Origin: an uncultured bacterium
GTDB taxonomy: Bacteria; Muiribacteriota; Ozemobacteria; Ozemobacterales; Ozemobacteraceae
Assembly (NCBI GenBank): GCA_964428355.1
Contig: CAYRYU010000026.1
Coordinates: 11,521 to 75,520 of the forward strand
DNA: 64,000 nucleotides
Reading direction: 5' to 3'
The translations under genes and the position numbers were made by a program. The notes under the pieces are model-generated. The model saw only the letters and a program-made list of their open reading frames with translations, had not been told where the DNA came from and searched no databases. Shown one piece after another: positions 9,685 to 19,256 of this stretch. Every line of letters begins with the position of its first letter. The stretch's first letter is position 1.

Positions 9685-12003
9685 ATGAAGGAAGGCCCCG
9701 CCGATTCGAGGCAGCTAATCCAGGATCTGGACGCTCCGCTCCGGTCCTTCAGGCTTTTCGCGATCGAGACTGCACTCCACCAGGGCTCGGGAAAGGAGTT
9801 GGCGGAAGCTCTCGCCCGCCGAAAAGAGTCCGAGAAAGACGAGGAATGTCTCCTCCTCCTTTCCCATGCCATCGCTGCCGTCCTTTCCCGCACTCCATCA
9901 CCCGGCCAACCTTCAGTATCAATGGATTCGGGGCCGACTCCCGGCTCGACTGCGGCAACAGTGGATGCTGCCCCGTCCTCCTTCCCGGATCTGTTCAGAG
10001 GAACAGGAACTCAGGGCAGGTTGGCCCTGTTGAGTCATATTCCCGAAACCCGATGCCGCGAACTCGCCACCCTCGTCCTGCCGCTGATCAAAGAGGAATC
10101 CGACCCGGTCGTTCTGGGAAGGCTTCTTCGCGTTTTCGGCCCATCCGCCAATCCCGAGTTCATTCCCGTTCTTTCCGGCCTCCTCTCCCATCCGTTCCTT
10201 TCGATCCGGATGGCGGCACTGGAGATCCTGGTCCGGATAGCCCCCACCCAGCTCGAAAAGGGCCTTCCCCGGTTCCTTCTCAGCGAAGAACCACGGATCC
10301 GTCTCCTCGCAATCCAGGGGCTCTGCGCGATCGACCCCGAGGAGGCGGTCCTTCATTTCGACCGCCTCCTTATGGGCACTGAGCGAAGGGTCAGGGAGTT
10401 CGCGCTCAAGAACGCCTTCTTCCTTCCCTCCGACCGCATCAAACCCGTTCTTGTCAAGTTTCTTTCGGCCGAAAAAGACCTGGAGCTCGTCGAACAGGCA
10501 GGAATACTGCTGCTGATCAACCCTGACCCCGAAATCCCCTTCCTTCTGACCTGTTCCTCCATCGATTCGCCCAGGGAAAAGGCCGATCTCCTTGAAAGGC
10601 TTTCCGACAAGGCGGTGGATGCGCTCGAGGCCTCGGGACAACTCGGTGCGGACCGGAAAACCTTCCAGGAAAGGCTTTCTGGTGCCCGTCAGCGGGTCGC
10701 GGAAGCCAACCGGCTTCGCGATCAGGCGTTTTCAACCATCCTTGGGGGAGGAAAGGCGGGTATCCCTTCGGACAGGGACCACCGTGCTGCCCCCGAAACT
10801 CAGGAACAGAAAGCGCCCGCGGTATCGGAACCTCCTTCTTCCGCCGAATGGGCATCGCTCTCCCCCGATGAGCAGGCCCGCCGGCTCGCGCTGCTGACAG
10901 AACACGATCTCCCCAAAGCCCGCGACCTCCTGGCAGGGTTCCTGTATGAAAAGAGCCCGACTCCTGACCTCACCGCGGTTTTCCTCCGCACCGCCTCGAG
11001 GCTGGGGTTGGCTTTTCCCTCTGACCGGGCCGAAGCGCTCCTTCGGCATCCGGATGAAAAGGTCGTATCGGCGGCTCTCGAATTTCTCGGACATTGCGAT
11101 CCAGACCGGTTTTTTCCGAGGCTGGGGCAGTTTCTGAACTCGGGAAGTCAGATCATCAAGCTGACGGCGATCAAGATCCTGAAGAGGTTCGATCCCGGAG
11201 AAGCCGTATCCCGCCTTGGAGCGATGCTTTCTCAGCGTGACCCCGCCCAGCGGCGGCTGACGATGGCCTGCCTGATGGTAATGGATTTCCCCCTCATACG
11301 CGAGCATCTCCTGGGTGTCCTTCGTTCCACCAGCGATCCCGAGCTGCTCCAGATGGGCCTCTGGCTTTTCCAGACAAATCCCGACACGGGAAACCTGTAC
11401 CATCTTTTCACACTCGAACAGGACCTGTTGGGAAGTTTCGCTGACCAGGTGAAGGAGATAAGGGTCCAGACCGGACGGAACCTTCTCGAGATGGGCATCC
11501 TGACGCCCCAAGCCCTGAAAAACATCGAGGATTCGCTTCCGAAAAAGTATTCCGAGGAACAGGCCCGGCGGAGAGCATCCAAACCCTATTCCGTCAGCAC
11601 CCTCCACCCCGCCGACGGGGGGGAGGCTTTCCTGAAACCCTGGCATCTGGCTGCCGTTATTGGAATCGGGTTCCTTTTGTTGGTCAACCTGGTCACCTTT
11701 CTGGGTGGAAGCGGCCCCCTTCCTTCTGATGAGACCGATTCCAATATCGGAAGCGCAACTCCGGGAGCAACCGTTGCCGTTACCGAGCATGCCATCGGAA
11801 TGGTACTCCCCGAGCAGGGCACTGGAGGCGCTTTCCGCATCAAGACGGAGATGGGAGAAGTCATCCAGTTGCTGACTCCGGGACCACTTGCAAAACATCT
11901 CAAGCCGGGTGCAAGGGTGAGCGTCGAGTTCGTCCCCGTCCGGCGGACCCGGAAAGGCGTCCTCGTTGCCCAGCCCCGTTCCGTCGTGATCCGAAAAGAG
12001 TAG
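9685..12003 (+). CDS. HEAT-repeat protein with C-terminal TM helix and small extracytoplasmic domain
   Basis: ATG at 9685 is preceded by GGGAGGA at optimal spacing; the track start at 9652 is also possible. Repeated HEAT-like units (PVLSGLLSHPFLSIRMAALEILVRIAP; EEPRIRLLAIQGLCAIDPEEAV; HPDEKVVSAALEFLGHCDP; SGSQIIKLTAIKILKRFDP). TM helix AAVIGIGFLLLVNLVTFLGG near the C-terminus. Confidence 0.85.
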   Translation: MKEGPADSRQLIQDLDAPLRSFRLFAIETALHQGSGKELAEALARRKESEKDEECLLLLSHAIAAVLSRTPSPGQPSVSMDSGPTPGSTAATVDAAPSSFPDLFRGTGTQGRLALLSHIPETRCRELATLVLPLIKEESDPVVLGRLLRVFGPSANPEFIPVLSGLLSHPFLSIRMAALEILVRIAPTQLEKGLPRFLLSEEPRIRLLAIQGLCAIDPEEAVLHFDRLLMGTERRVREFALKNAFFLPSDRIKPVLVKFLSAEKDLELVEQAGILLLINPDPEIPFLLTCSSIDSPREKADLLERLSDKAVDALEASGQLGADRKTFQERLSGARQRVAEANRLRDQAFSTILGGGKAGIPSDRDHRAAPETQEQKAPAVSEPPSSAEWASLSPDEQARRLALLTEHDLPKARDLLAGFLYEKSPTPDLTAVFLRTASRLGLAFPSDRAEALLRHPDEKVVSAALEFLGHCDPDRFFPRLGQFLNSGSQIIKLTAIKILKRFDPGEAVSRLGAMLSQRDPAQRRLTMACLMVMDFPLIREHLLGVLRSTSDPELLQMGLWLFQTNPDTGNLYHLFTLEQDLLGSFADQVKEIRVQTGRNLLEMGILTPQALKNIEDSLPKKYSEEQARRRASKPYSVSTLHPADGGEAFLKPWHLAAVIGIGFLLLVNLVTFLGGSGPLPSDETDSNIGSATPGATVAVTEHAIGMVLPEQGTGGAFRIKTEMGEVIQLLTPGPLAKHLKPGARVSVEFVPVRRTRKGVLVAQPRSVVIRKE

Positions 12004-12029
12004 CAGAAAGCTTTCACCCACCCTGGGTT

Positions 12030-12160
12030 CACCACAAAGACACGAAGTTCACGAAGGCCACAAAGGTGGTGAAGGGTTTTGAAATGGCCCAGTTGCCCCC
12101 GTTTCCCGGGTTGCCCACGTTCTTCTTCGTGAACTTCGTGTCCTCGGTGTCTTTGTGGTG
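12030..12160. repeat. long imperfect inverted repeat between convergent genes (possible bidirectional terminator or REP-like element)
   Basis: CACCACAAAGACACGAAGTTCACGAAG (12030-12056) pairs with CTTCGTGAACTTCGTGTCCTCGGTGTCTTTGTGGTG (12125-12160). The two blocks of 13-14 bp are separated by a 9-nt bulge in the right arm, with a loop of about 68 nt. Confidence 0.5.
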
Positions 12161-12207
12161 ATCTCCCGCGGGGAGAGGGAACGGTCACGAACGGTGAAGC
12201 CCGCCGT

Positions 12208-12840
12208 TCAGTATTTCTCCTCGCTGAATTCCCCCGGAGTCCGCCATCTGGGATCGAGATTCGATTCCCGGGCCTGCCTGATCGAAACAACGAGCTTCTG
12301 ATGATGTGACTGCGGGACCTGGCTCCCGGAAGGGATTATGCTGACCTTTACCTCCAGTTCGACCAGAGAGGTGAAGGTGGAAACGGCCTTGATTTCCAAC
12401 ATGTCGACCTCGCTGCAAAGGAGACGCCGGCTGCCGCTCGCGTCGTTCCTTTCGATGGTCCTCCTGGAAGGGTCGAACAGGTATTCCACCCGCTTGTAGG
12501 CGACTTCTTTCTTCGGTCCGGGAAGCGCTTCGGGAACCAGCATCGTGCAGCCCCCCGAAGCGAGGGCCTGGAAAGAGCGCTCCACCGCGAACCGGTTTTC
12601 CCCGAGGGCTGTCACAACCGCAAAGGAGGTGGAGATGTCCCGTTCCATGGAACGGAGGATGATCTCCACCATGTCTTTCGCCTGGCCCCGGGCGGTACTG
12701 AGCGAAGTGGTTTGTCTTGCGGAGGAAAGGATCCAATAGAGGCTTCCGCTCAGGACTCCGAGAATCACGAGTGAGACGAGAACCTCCGCGATCGTGAATC
12801 CCGTCGATGCCCTGGCTCCAGGCTGCTTTCGCGATTTCAC
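12208..12840 (-). CDS. prepilin-type N-terminal cleavage/methylation domain pseudopilin (module C, third gene)
   Basis: MKSRKQPGARASTG|FTIAEVLVSLVILGVLSGSLYWIL: short basic leader, G-1, F+1, E+5 and a hydrophobic helix. 4-nt overlap with the upstream gene. Confidence 0.85.
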   Translation of the reverse strand: MKSRKQPGARASTGFTIAEVLVSLVILGVLSGSLYWILSSARQTTSLSTARGQAKDMVEIILRSMERDISTSFAVVTALGENRFAVERSFQALASGGCTMLVPEALPGPKKEVAYKRVEYLFDPSRRTIERNDASGSRRLLCSEVDMLEIKAVSTFTSLVELEVKVSIIPSGSQVPQSHHQKLVVSIRQARESNLDPRWRTPGEFSEEKY

Positions 12841-13322
12841 GGCCGGACCACCAGAAACATCATTGTCTCCGTGCTCTTGGCAAGACCTGCGTTGCCGGGG
12901 CGGGTCCAGGAGACGAAGGCCTCCACTCCGATCGCGTTCTTCGTCCCTTCGGCGAAACGGAATATCGCCCCCATCTCGAAATCCTTGTAGCCCCGCTGGA
13001 TGGAAACCACCCCAGATGCAGTCAGGTTCAGCCCCCGCCGGTTGAGTTCCGCCCCGTCGTATGCCTGGTAGACGATCGAATCGACCGGAACGAGTTTGAC
13101 GAGCCGGTTGAAATCCTGACTGAGGATCTCATGATGGAAGGACTCCAGGATCTTTCGGGCCATCGCGATCTTGGTGGCCTCGATCTCCTGGGCCGCGCCC
13201 TGGATCAGATGACGGTAGATCGGAACGGCGGCGAGAACGAAGATCACGACGGAAATCAGGATCTCGAGAAGGGTGAACCCCTCCCGACCCCGGAATCCCC
13301 ATTTTGCCTCACTGTTTGACAT
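12837..13322 (-). CDS. prepilin-type pseudopilin (module C, second gene)
   Basis: ...GFRGREG|FTLLEILISVVIFVLAAVPIY, a class III signal-peptide motif. Overlaps both neighbouring genes. Confidence 0.85.
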   Translation of the reverse strand: MSNSEAKWGFRGREGFTLLEILISVVIFVLAAVPIYRHLIQGAAQEIEATKIAMARKILESFHHEILSQDFNRLVKLVPVDSIVYQAYDGAELNRRGLNLTASGVVSIQRGYKDFEMGAIFRFAEGTKNAIGVEAFVSWTRPGNAGLAKSTETMMFLVVRP

Positions 13323-15993
13323 ATTGGAGGTTCAACCACCTTTTCCCCAGGGAAGCATGATACCGCCTTGGCTCGAACTTGCCAACGTCCCTCATGACGG
13401 ACAGGGGAGTGATCCTGCAGGCGGCGGCATTGAAATAGACCTCGACACTGTTGATGAAGGAACGGTTGAACTGGTTGATGACCAGGTTGCCGTCAATGAC
13501 CAACGGGTTCCCCGCGGGGTTCGTCAGCGTGGCGTTCGAGAAACAGGCCGCCTCGATCCGGGTACAAGGCTTCCTGACCATGATGCTTCCCGCACGGGCC
13601 ATCAACGTGAAAACCACATCCCCCGGCCGACTGCCGGGAGTCCCTGGATCCTTGTCCTGACGCATGATGTCGGTCTGCACGAAGATGTTGCCCTTCGCGA
13701 CGAGAATTCCCTTCCCCTTTACCTTCCAGGGCTTTCCGGCCTTGTCGGCGGTGATCCGCAGGCTTCCCTTGATGTAGGTCACCCCGGTGCAATCGAACAC
13801 CCCCTTGTCGGACCTCCCGCCTTCTTCGATGGGGCGGCCCACGTCCCGCCAGAAGTCCTCCTCGTTCTCGTAATAATGGGTCGCCTTTTTCGCATACTGA
13901 AGGATGCTATAGACGTTCTCGGGCATGTTCCGGAACTCGTAGGGAGACCATTGTCCGGTATCGCTCTTTTCGAAGGCAGGTTTTCCGACGAGCCCGAAAT
14001 CGTTTTCCGGCACCCGGTACTCGATGTATGACTCGGTCAGGTCCTTCGGCGGGGGACCGGCCCCCTTGGGAAGCACTCCCACATGAACGTTGCCGTATCG
14101 CATCTGCATAAAGGCTTCCGCACGCAATCCAAGGGGATATTCGATGTGACCATATCCGAAAAGGAGGCTCGGGGCGGCAAGGCCGTCGCACTGTTGGAGG
14201 ATCTTGAGGAGGTTCTTCGTCCCTACCGGGATGAAAGGCCGGATGGAACGGTCGGTGTTGTGAAGGACGGGGAAATCGACCTGGTGGGGCCGGTCGGGAT
14301 AGGCCGTCATGTCCAACCAATTGAAGGTCGGAATCCATTGGAAGATCGGGGGATCGACCGAGTTGGGCTTGAACTTGTCCATCGTCATCGCGTTGTATTC
14401 CGTCTGGAATGGCTCGTCCTTGGAGCCGATGAAGGTGTTTATCTTCATCATCCCATCGGAATTGACCCGGACGAGGCCTGGTACGAGGCAATTGGAGTCG
14501 GGGGCCGGAGTCCCGCCACACCCGTCGAACCCTGTCAATGCCCGGTAGTCTCCACCCGGAAGAGGACTCCCTTCCGGAAGCGGATGGACCGTGAAGGTGG
14601 CGAGGATCCCTGCCTTTTCACGTTCCGGGGGAAAACGCCACTCGATGGGTTTGCCTATCCGCGAAATATCGGCTGGATCGGGAATGGCGTTCTTGTCCTC
14701 GGGGCGTTCGAAAAGCAGGGGCGAGTTGGCCACGAAAAAGGCATACTCGGGCGCGGGCGGCTGGAGATCGGAAACCTTGAACTCCCGGTCGGCCTGGAGA
14801 ACCTTTCGGATATGGATTCCGCCCCCCCCTGTTCCGCCCTGGACAAACTCGACATGGGCGGTCAGACGGACTGTCCCGACTTTCTCGATTACCAGGGGTT
14901 TTGCCCCGAAGGCGGTCGAACGTTCCTGGCGCAACCGCTCCACATCGATCGGAGGGGGGAACGGCGGAAGTTTGTCCCATCCTGCCCGTATCGACTGATG
15001 GAGAACCCCTGCCCTCCATTCGACGCGGGAAAGGAAGTCCTCGATCTCACCCATGATCATCGAGCGGATCGAGGGCATCGAAACCCGCTTCCCCTTTGGG
15101 AAAGCCACGGTCTTCCGGATCTCCTCATCGATATCGAGCAGCCGCGGGTTCTCCTTCATCATCCCGGAGATGTCCAGGAAGCCCAGCGCGACGATCTTGG
15201 TGAAGATCTTGATGGCAGTCTCGGAAAGCTTGTCGAGGAATACCCGGGCCTGGGCAAAGATGGCCGCCAGGCCGACGAGAACCACCTTGTGCTCGTCGTG
15301 AGCGGCCAGATTCGGCAGTTCGAACCTGAACCGGGCATCGCTGGAAAGGCTTTTCAGGGACCCACCGGATTCCGGAACCCGGTCAATGCCGTCGAGAAAG
15401 CGGCTGGGTTCACCCCAGGCCGGGGTCGGAGGGATGGTAATCCCCGGAATCTCGTACTTTTCGTTGAAGGCGGCGAACCCCTGTGCCTGCAGTATCTCGC
15501 AGGTAACCTTGAGGCTGGGGACGTTGGAATTCCCGCCGAGGTCGTCCACGAGATCCTTCAGGGCCATGAGAGGTTTCTTGTCGATTCCCTCGAAAACCAG
15601 AGGCGGAGGAAAGAAGGCAGGTTCGAGGCCACCGTTTCCCCGCCCAAGGGGAGAAGCCTGGGGGTTCGGCGAGGACAGCGGGGCGATGAACCGGAAGTAG
15701 GCGAAAAGCTGGGGGTCGTCCTCGGGGTTGACGTTGTCCTTCAGGTATCTTGCGACAAGTTCGACCGCGGCCTCCGCAAGCGCCTCGACCCGTTTCTCGT
15801 GGCTCATGAACCGGGTCGAAAAACGCCGCGAATGGCTCGTGCGGAAATAGCCTACCAGAAGCAAAGCCAGGAGAACGACGATTCCCACCGTGATCACGTA
15901 GGCCGTCCCCCTTCGGTTTCCACCCTCCTGGGGACGCGAATGGGAAGGGATCGGGGGGGCGAAGTCAGCCGAAGATCCGTTTCCTGAGTGCAT
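13309..15993 (-). CDS. giant GspK/PilX-like N-terminally anchored protein (module C, first gene)
   Basis: 894 aa. N-terminus RRGTAYVITVGIVVLLALLLVGYF resembles the GspK/PilX RG-x-A-L-x-x-V-L anchor and lacks E+5. It shares blocks with the 19253 and 50967 products, for example REFKVSDLQPPAPEYAFFVANSPLLF. Confidence 0.8.
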   Translation of the reverse strand: MHSGNGSSADFAPPIPSHSRPQEGGNRRGTAYVITVGIVVLLALLLVGYFRTSHSRRFSTRFMSHEKRVEALAEAAVELVARYLKDNVNPEDDPQLFAYFRFIAPLSSPNPQASPLGRGNGGLEPAFFPPPLVFEGIDKKPLMALKDLVDDLGGNSNVPSLKVTCEILQAQGFAAFNEKYEIPGITIPPTPAWGEPSRFLDGIDRVPESGGSLKSLSSDARFRFELPNLAAHDEHKVVLVGLAAIFAQARVFLDKLSETAIKIFTKIVALGFLDISGMMKENPRLLDIDEEIRKTVAFPKGKRVSMPSIRSMIMGEIEDFLSRVEWRAGVLHQSIRAGWDKLPPFPPPIDVERLRQERSTAFGAKPLVIEKVGTVRLTAHVEFVQGGTGGGGIHIRKVLQADREFKVSDLQPPAPEYAFFVANSPLLFERPEDKNAIPDPADISRIGKPIEWRFPPEREKAGILATFTVHPLPEGSPLPGGDYRALTGFDGCGGTPAPDSNCLVPGLVRVNSDGMMKINTFIGSKDEPFQTEYNAMTMDKFKPNSVDPPIFQWIPTFNWLDMTAYPDRPHQVDFPVLHNTDRSIRPFIPVGTKNLLKILQQCDGLAAPSLLFGYGHIEYPLGLRAEAFMQMRYGNVHVGVLPKGAGPPPKDLTESYIEYRVPENDFGLVGKPAFEKSDTGQWSPYEFRNMPENVYSILQYAKKATHYYENEEDFWRDVGRPIEEGGRSDKGVFDCTGVTYIKGSLRITADKAGKPWKVKGKGILVAKGNIFVQTDIMRQDKDPGTPGSRPGDVVFTLMARAGSIMVRKPCTRIEAACFSNATLTNPAGNPLVIDGNLVINQFNRSFINSVEVYFNAAACRITPLSVMRDVGKFEPRRYHASLGKRWLNLQYVKQ

Positions 15994-16810
15994 TTATCTG
16001 CTCCTTCACGTCGGCCTCCACCAGGGGACGTTTGTCAGCCGGAACCTGCCATTTCCTCATGACCTCGTCCACGTAGGAGTTGAAAACGGTCTGGTCCTTG
16101 ATCGCCTTGAGTTGGAGAGCGGCATCCCTGACCCATTCGATGCTCGTCTCCGCATCGGTTTCGTCGAAACCCATGTGAGAGAAGTCGTTGTCCTTCAACA
16201 GCATGGCCTGGGCCATCGAATATTCTATGTATGCGTCCTCGTCCTGTAGTCTGGCCGCTGCTTCCCGCATATAGTCGTAACAATAGTATTTCGTCGTCGG
16301 AGAGGCCGCCGGATCTTCCAGAGCCTTCTTCAGCTCCCTCAGGGCGGCCTGGTAGTCCTTCGACTCGAAGGCTAGCACCGCAGCCGGCATGTTGGCGAGG
16401 GCCCGCATCCGGTAGGTTTCTTTGGTATCGGTGGCGATTTCCGGGTTCTCAAGGAAACCCGCGAACCATTCATCGGATTCCTTTTTTCCCTCCTCCCGGA
16501 AATCGCGGGCCTCCTGGGCGATGGCCAGCATCTCCTCGCTCACCACCTTCGAGGACGCCCGTGGAGCTGAGGCCACCGAAAGGGTGGATTGGGGGGAACC
16601 CCAAAAATCCGGGCTGGGAGCGTATTGGTCGGGAGAAGGGGGTGGACCAACCACGACCGGGGAAGTTGCGGGCCCTGAATCCGTTGACGTGGACCTTTCC
16701 AACCATGGGGGCAATCTCCCGAGCAGGAGAAAAAGGAGGCAAAGGAAAAGGACCAGTATTACGACCCAGATCCACCGCTTGCTTTCCATTTCGATCTTTC
16801 CATTCTCCAT
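15965..16810 (-). CDS. single-pass membrane protein with TPR-like helical domain
   Basis: TM helix WIWVVILVLFLCLLFLLLG, a P/S-rich linker, then helical repeats (AVLAFESKDYQAALRELKKALE...). Overlaps the start of the downstream GspK-like gene, so it is probably the first gene of the module C operon. Confidence 0.7.
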   Translation of the reverse strand: MENGKIEMESKRWIWVVILVLFLCLLFLLLGRLPPWLERSTSTDSGPATSPVVVGPPPSPDQYAPSPDFWGSPQSTLSVASAPRASSKVVSEEMLAIAQEARDFREEGKKESDEWFAGFLENPEIATDTKETYRMRALANMPAAVLAFESKDYQAALRELKKALEDPAASPTTKYYCYDYMREAAARLQDEDAYIEYSMAQAMLLKDNDFSHMGFDETDAETSIEWVRDAALQLKAIKDQTVFNSYVDEVMRKWQVPADKRPLVEADVKEQINALRKRIFG

Positions 16811-17197
16811 TCCGAGGATTGAGAACCCGCCTGGAGTGGAACCCGTTACTGGAGCGCACTCAAAAGAACATTCTCACCGAACCTTCCCGGTAACTGAAGC
16901 CGCGAGATCCGACTGCCCGGTGGTTCCAAGTCAAACAATCTTACCAGAAATTCCCGGGTAGGGTTACAGGAAATTGCCCTCTCAGGTCGGAAACAGGCAA
17001 GAATAAGGCGCGCGGGGCCGGGAAACGACCCAAAATGAACACCGCAGAAAAATGGCTGGGAGAAAGGCAACGGGGTCGCGGAGTCACAGAGGCGAAAAGG
17101 GAATCTTTTTTTGGCCCCCATCCAATCGACTTTCCATCTCCGAATCTCCGAGCTTGGGGGCAAATCCCCTCGGTCATTTTTCTTGCCCCCAGAAACG

Positions 17198-17227
17198 TTG
17201 ACATATCTGGATTTCGAATGCTATTTT
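17198..17227 (+). promoter_or_regulatory. sigma70-like promoter for the STAS gene, predicting a near-leaderless mRNA
   Basis: TTGACA (17198-17203), 17-18 nt spacer, TATTTT (17222-17227). The ATG at 17238 lies only about 11 nt downstream and has no Shine-Dalgarno sequence. Confidence 0.45.
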
Positions 17228-17237
17228 TGATTCCAAC

Positions 17238-17594
17238 ATGGATGCTTTTTCGATTCGCATTGAATCTCATGATCCCGTGACGATCATCCGGATCCAGGGC
17301 TATCTTGCTCTGGAGGCCGGCCAGGAGCTTCACGAAAGGTTGTTCGATCTTTTGAAGCAGGGAAAACTCCGCTTCCTCCTCGATTTTTCCGAGTGCAAAC
17401 TGATCAGCAGCCCCGGAGTGGTGAGCCTTCTCGAACTGGTGATCAAGGTAACGGATGATTTCCGGGCCCGAATTGCGATCTCGGGACTGGACGACCTGAA
17501 AACAAAGGTATTCAAGATGGCCGGTGTTTCAAACATCGCCCCGGCTTTTCCGCAGGAATCCCAGGCATTGGGTCATCTCCTCAAGGACAGCTAA
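17238..17594 (+). CDS. STAS-domain anti-sigma-factor antagonist (SpoIIAA/RsbV-like)
   Basis: 118 aa. Typical layout: VTIIRIQGYLALEAGQELHERL...LRFLLDFSECKLISSPGVVSLLEL...ISGLDDLKTKVFKMAGV, with the conserved phosphorylatable Ser position (ISSPG). Confidence 0.9.
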   Translation: MDAFSIRIESHDPVTIIRIQGYLALEAGQELHERLFDLLKQGKLRFLLDFSECKLISSPGVVSLLELVIKVTDDFRARIAISGLDDLKTKVFKMAGVSNIAPAFPQESQALGHLLKDS

Positions 17595-17699
17595 GCCAGG
17601 GCCCTTTCGAGAACTGCCGGTTCCCGGAAAAAATGTAACCGTTCCCGGGTTATTCCGGTAAGGTGGGTGGGTCCGATTTCACACCGAAGGAGAAAACCA

Positions 17700-18023
17700 A
17701 TGGTTCGTTCCGCGATTTCCCTCTTCCTCGTGGTTCTGACCAGCGTCTTTCTATCCGGATGCTGCTGCCCCGCTCTTGATCTCTCAGCCCTTTTCGGGGG
17801 CGGCCAGACGACCTTGAACGCCCCTACCCAGACCCAGTCCCAGGATGCCGCCGCAGCGAAACAGACCGCCATCGAAGCAAAGGCAGCGGCTGACCAGGCT
17901 CTGGAAAAGGCGAACCAGCAACAGACGCAGATCGATGCTCTCAAGACCTCGATCAAGGAAACGAATTCCACCTCTCCGGCGGGAACATCATCCAGCACGG
18001 TTCCGGCAGCCGACTCGAAATAG
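17700..18023 (+). CDS. small lipoprotein with Ala/Gln-rich coiled coil
   Basis: ATG at 17700 preceded by AAGGAG. MVRSAISLFLVVLTSVFLSGC lipobox, then AAAKQTAIEAKAAADQALEKANQQQTQIDALKTSIKE. Confidence 0.7.
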   Translation: MVRSAISLFLVVLTSVFLSGCCCPALDLSALFGGGQTTLNAPTQTQSQDAAAAKQTAIEAKAAADQALEKANQQQTQIDALKTSIKETNSTSPAGTSSSTVPAADSK

Positions 18024-18091
18024 GGAAAGCCGGGTCCCATGAAACCAGGTTTGATGGCCCCGACAGGGATGGCCGGCCTTTCCGCAGACAC

Positions 18092-18664
18092 ATGACGGAA
18101 AAAGGGGCCAGGGTGTTCCCCGAATCGGAACTGGTGCAGAAGGCAAAGCAGGGCCTCCAGGAAGGTTACGAGGGGCTCGTCGACCGCCACCTCGGGGGAG
18201 TGCATGCCTTTCTCATGCACCTCCAGGCACCGGAATCGGTTCGTGATGACCTTGTCCAGGAAACGTTCGTAAAGGCATTCCGGTCTATCGGAGGCTTCGA
18301 TGCCTCGAAACCCTTCGGATCCTGGCTCCTCACGATCGCAAGGCATGTCCTTTACGACCATAATTCCAACGCGAAGAGACAACTCGAAGCCCGGAGCCCG
18401 CTCGGGAGGCCGGCCCCCCACCACGATATCTCCCAGGGAGTCATCGATCGCCTGTCTGTCAGGCAAATCCTGACCAGGCTTTCCCCTGCCGACCGCCTTC
18501 TGATAGAGCTTCGCGTTTTCCAGGGGATGTCCTTCCCCGAAATCGCAGGGCTGTTCGGAGAAGCGGTTGGAACGATGAGGGTGAGGTTGCATCGAATCCT
18601 CGCCGGGCTCAAGGAAAGGATCAATGACGCGGAGGAAAGGGAAAACAGGAATGAACAAGCCTGA
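18092..18664 (+). CDS. ECF-type RNA polymerase sigma factor (sigma-70 family)
   Basis: Region 2 (DDLVQETFVKAFRSIGGFDASKPFGSWLLTIARHVLYD) and region 4 (LSPADRLLIELRVFQGMSFPEIAGLFGEAVGTMRVRLHRILAGL). Confidence 0.9.
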   Translation: MTEKGARVFPESELVQKAKQGLQEGYEGLVDRHLGGVHAFLMHLQAPESVRDDLVQETFVKAFRSIGGFDASKPFGSWLLTIARHVLYDHNSNAKRQLEARSPLGRPAPHHDISQGVIDRLSVRQILTRLSPADRLLIELRVFQGMSFPEIAGLFGEAVGTMRVRLHRILAGLKERINDAEERENRNEQA

Positions 18665-19256
18665 ACTCTGCCGGGACGTTTTCGACATCCTGTCCGGGGC
18701 ACCGGCAGGAGACCTTCCGCCCCACCTCGCCGCTCACCTTGCCGACTGTTCGGAATGCAGGGCGTTGAAAGCCACCCTTTCGGCTGTTGCCGAAGCCCGT
18801 TCGACTCTCGATCCAACAGTTCATGACAGTCTGAAAGCCGGAATACTCGGATCGGTGTGCCCGGCGGGTCCCTCGTCGACCGAGGGGGGGTGCACTCCCT
18901 CGGCCGGTTTGAATGAGGAACCACAAATCCCGGAATCAACGGTTTCAAGGGTTCTGGGAATACCTGCAAAAGCCATCCCATTCGTTGCCGGGGCAATCCT
19001 CGTTCTTTTCCTGGGATTTCCCATGTTCAAGAATCTCTTGACCCGGGTTTCGGGAGGCCGAACGGCAGAAGTTTCCAAGACCTTTCTCCAGGCGCAACCC
19101 CCTGGTTCACGACCGCCACCGGGCGCGGGCGGTGCAGAGCCCGGCAACCGCATTTCGTCCGGTCCATCGCAGCCGGCAGGTTCACCTCCTGCCGAGGTCA
19201 CCGAACAATCCAACCCGACCGGTACCATGGGGATTCCCCCGGTGGACGCCAAGTGA
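18651..19256 (+). CDS. zinc-finger (zf-HC2) single-pass anti-sigma factor
   Basis: ATG at 18651 overlaps the sigma-factor stop. H-x3-C-x2-C motif (HLADCSEC). TM helix IPFVAGAILVLFLGFPMF. P/G-rich extracytoplasmic tail. Confidence 0.8.
   Translation: MNKPELCRDVFDILSGAPAGDLPPHLAAHLADCSECRALKATLSAVAEARSTLDPTVHDSLKAGILGSVCPAGPSSTEGGCTPSAGLNEEPQIPESTVSRVLGIPAKAIPFVAGAILVLFLGFPMFKNLLTRVSGGRTAEVSKTFLQAQPPGSRPPPGAGGAEPGNRISSGPSQPAGSPPAEVTEQSNPTGTMGIPPVDAK

Noticed and set aside
10732-12021. 429-aa minus-strand ORF
   Set aside because: It is antisense to the HEAT-repeat gene and has no recognisable features.
14083-15987. 634-aa plus-strand ORF
   Set aside because: It is antisense to the module C GspK-like gene, which has paralogs and operon context. 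The composition is shadow-like (R/G/P/E-rich).
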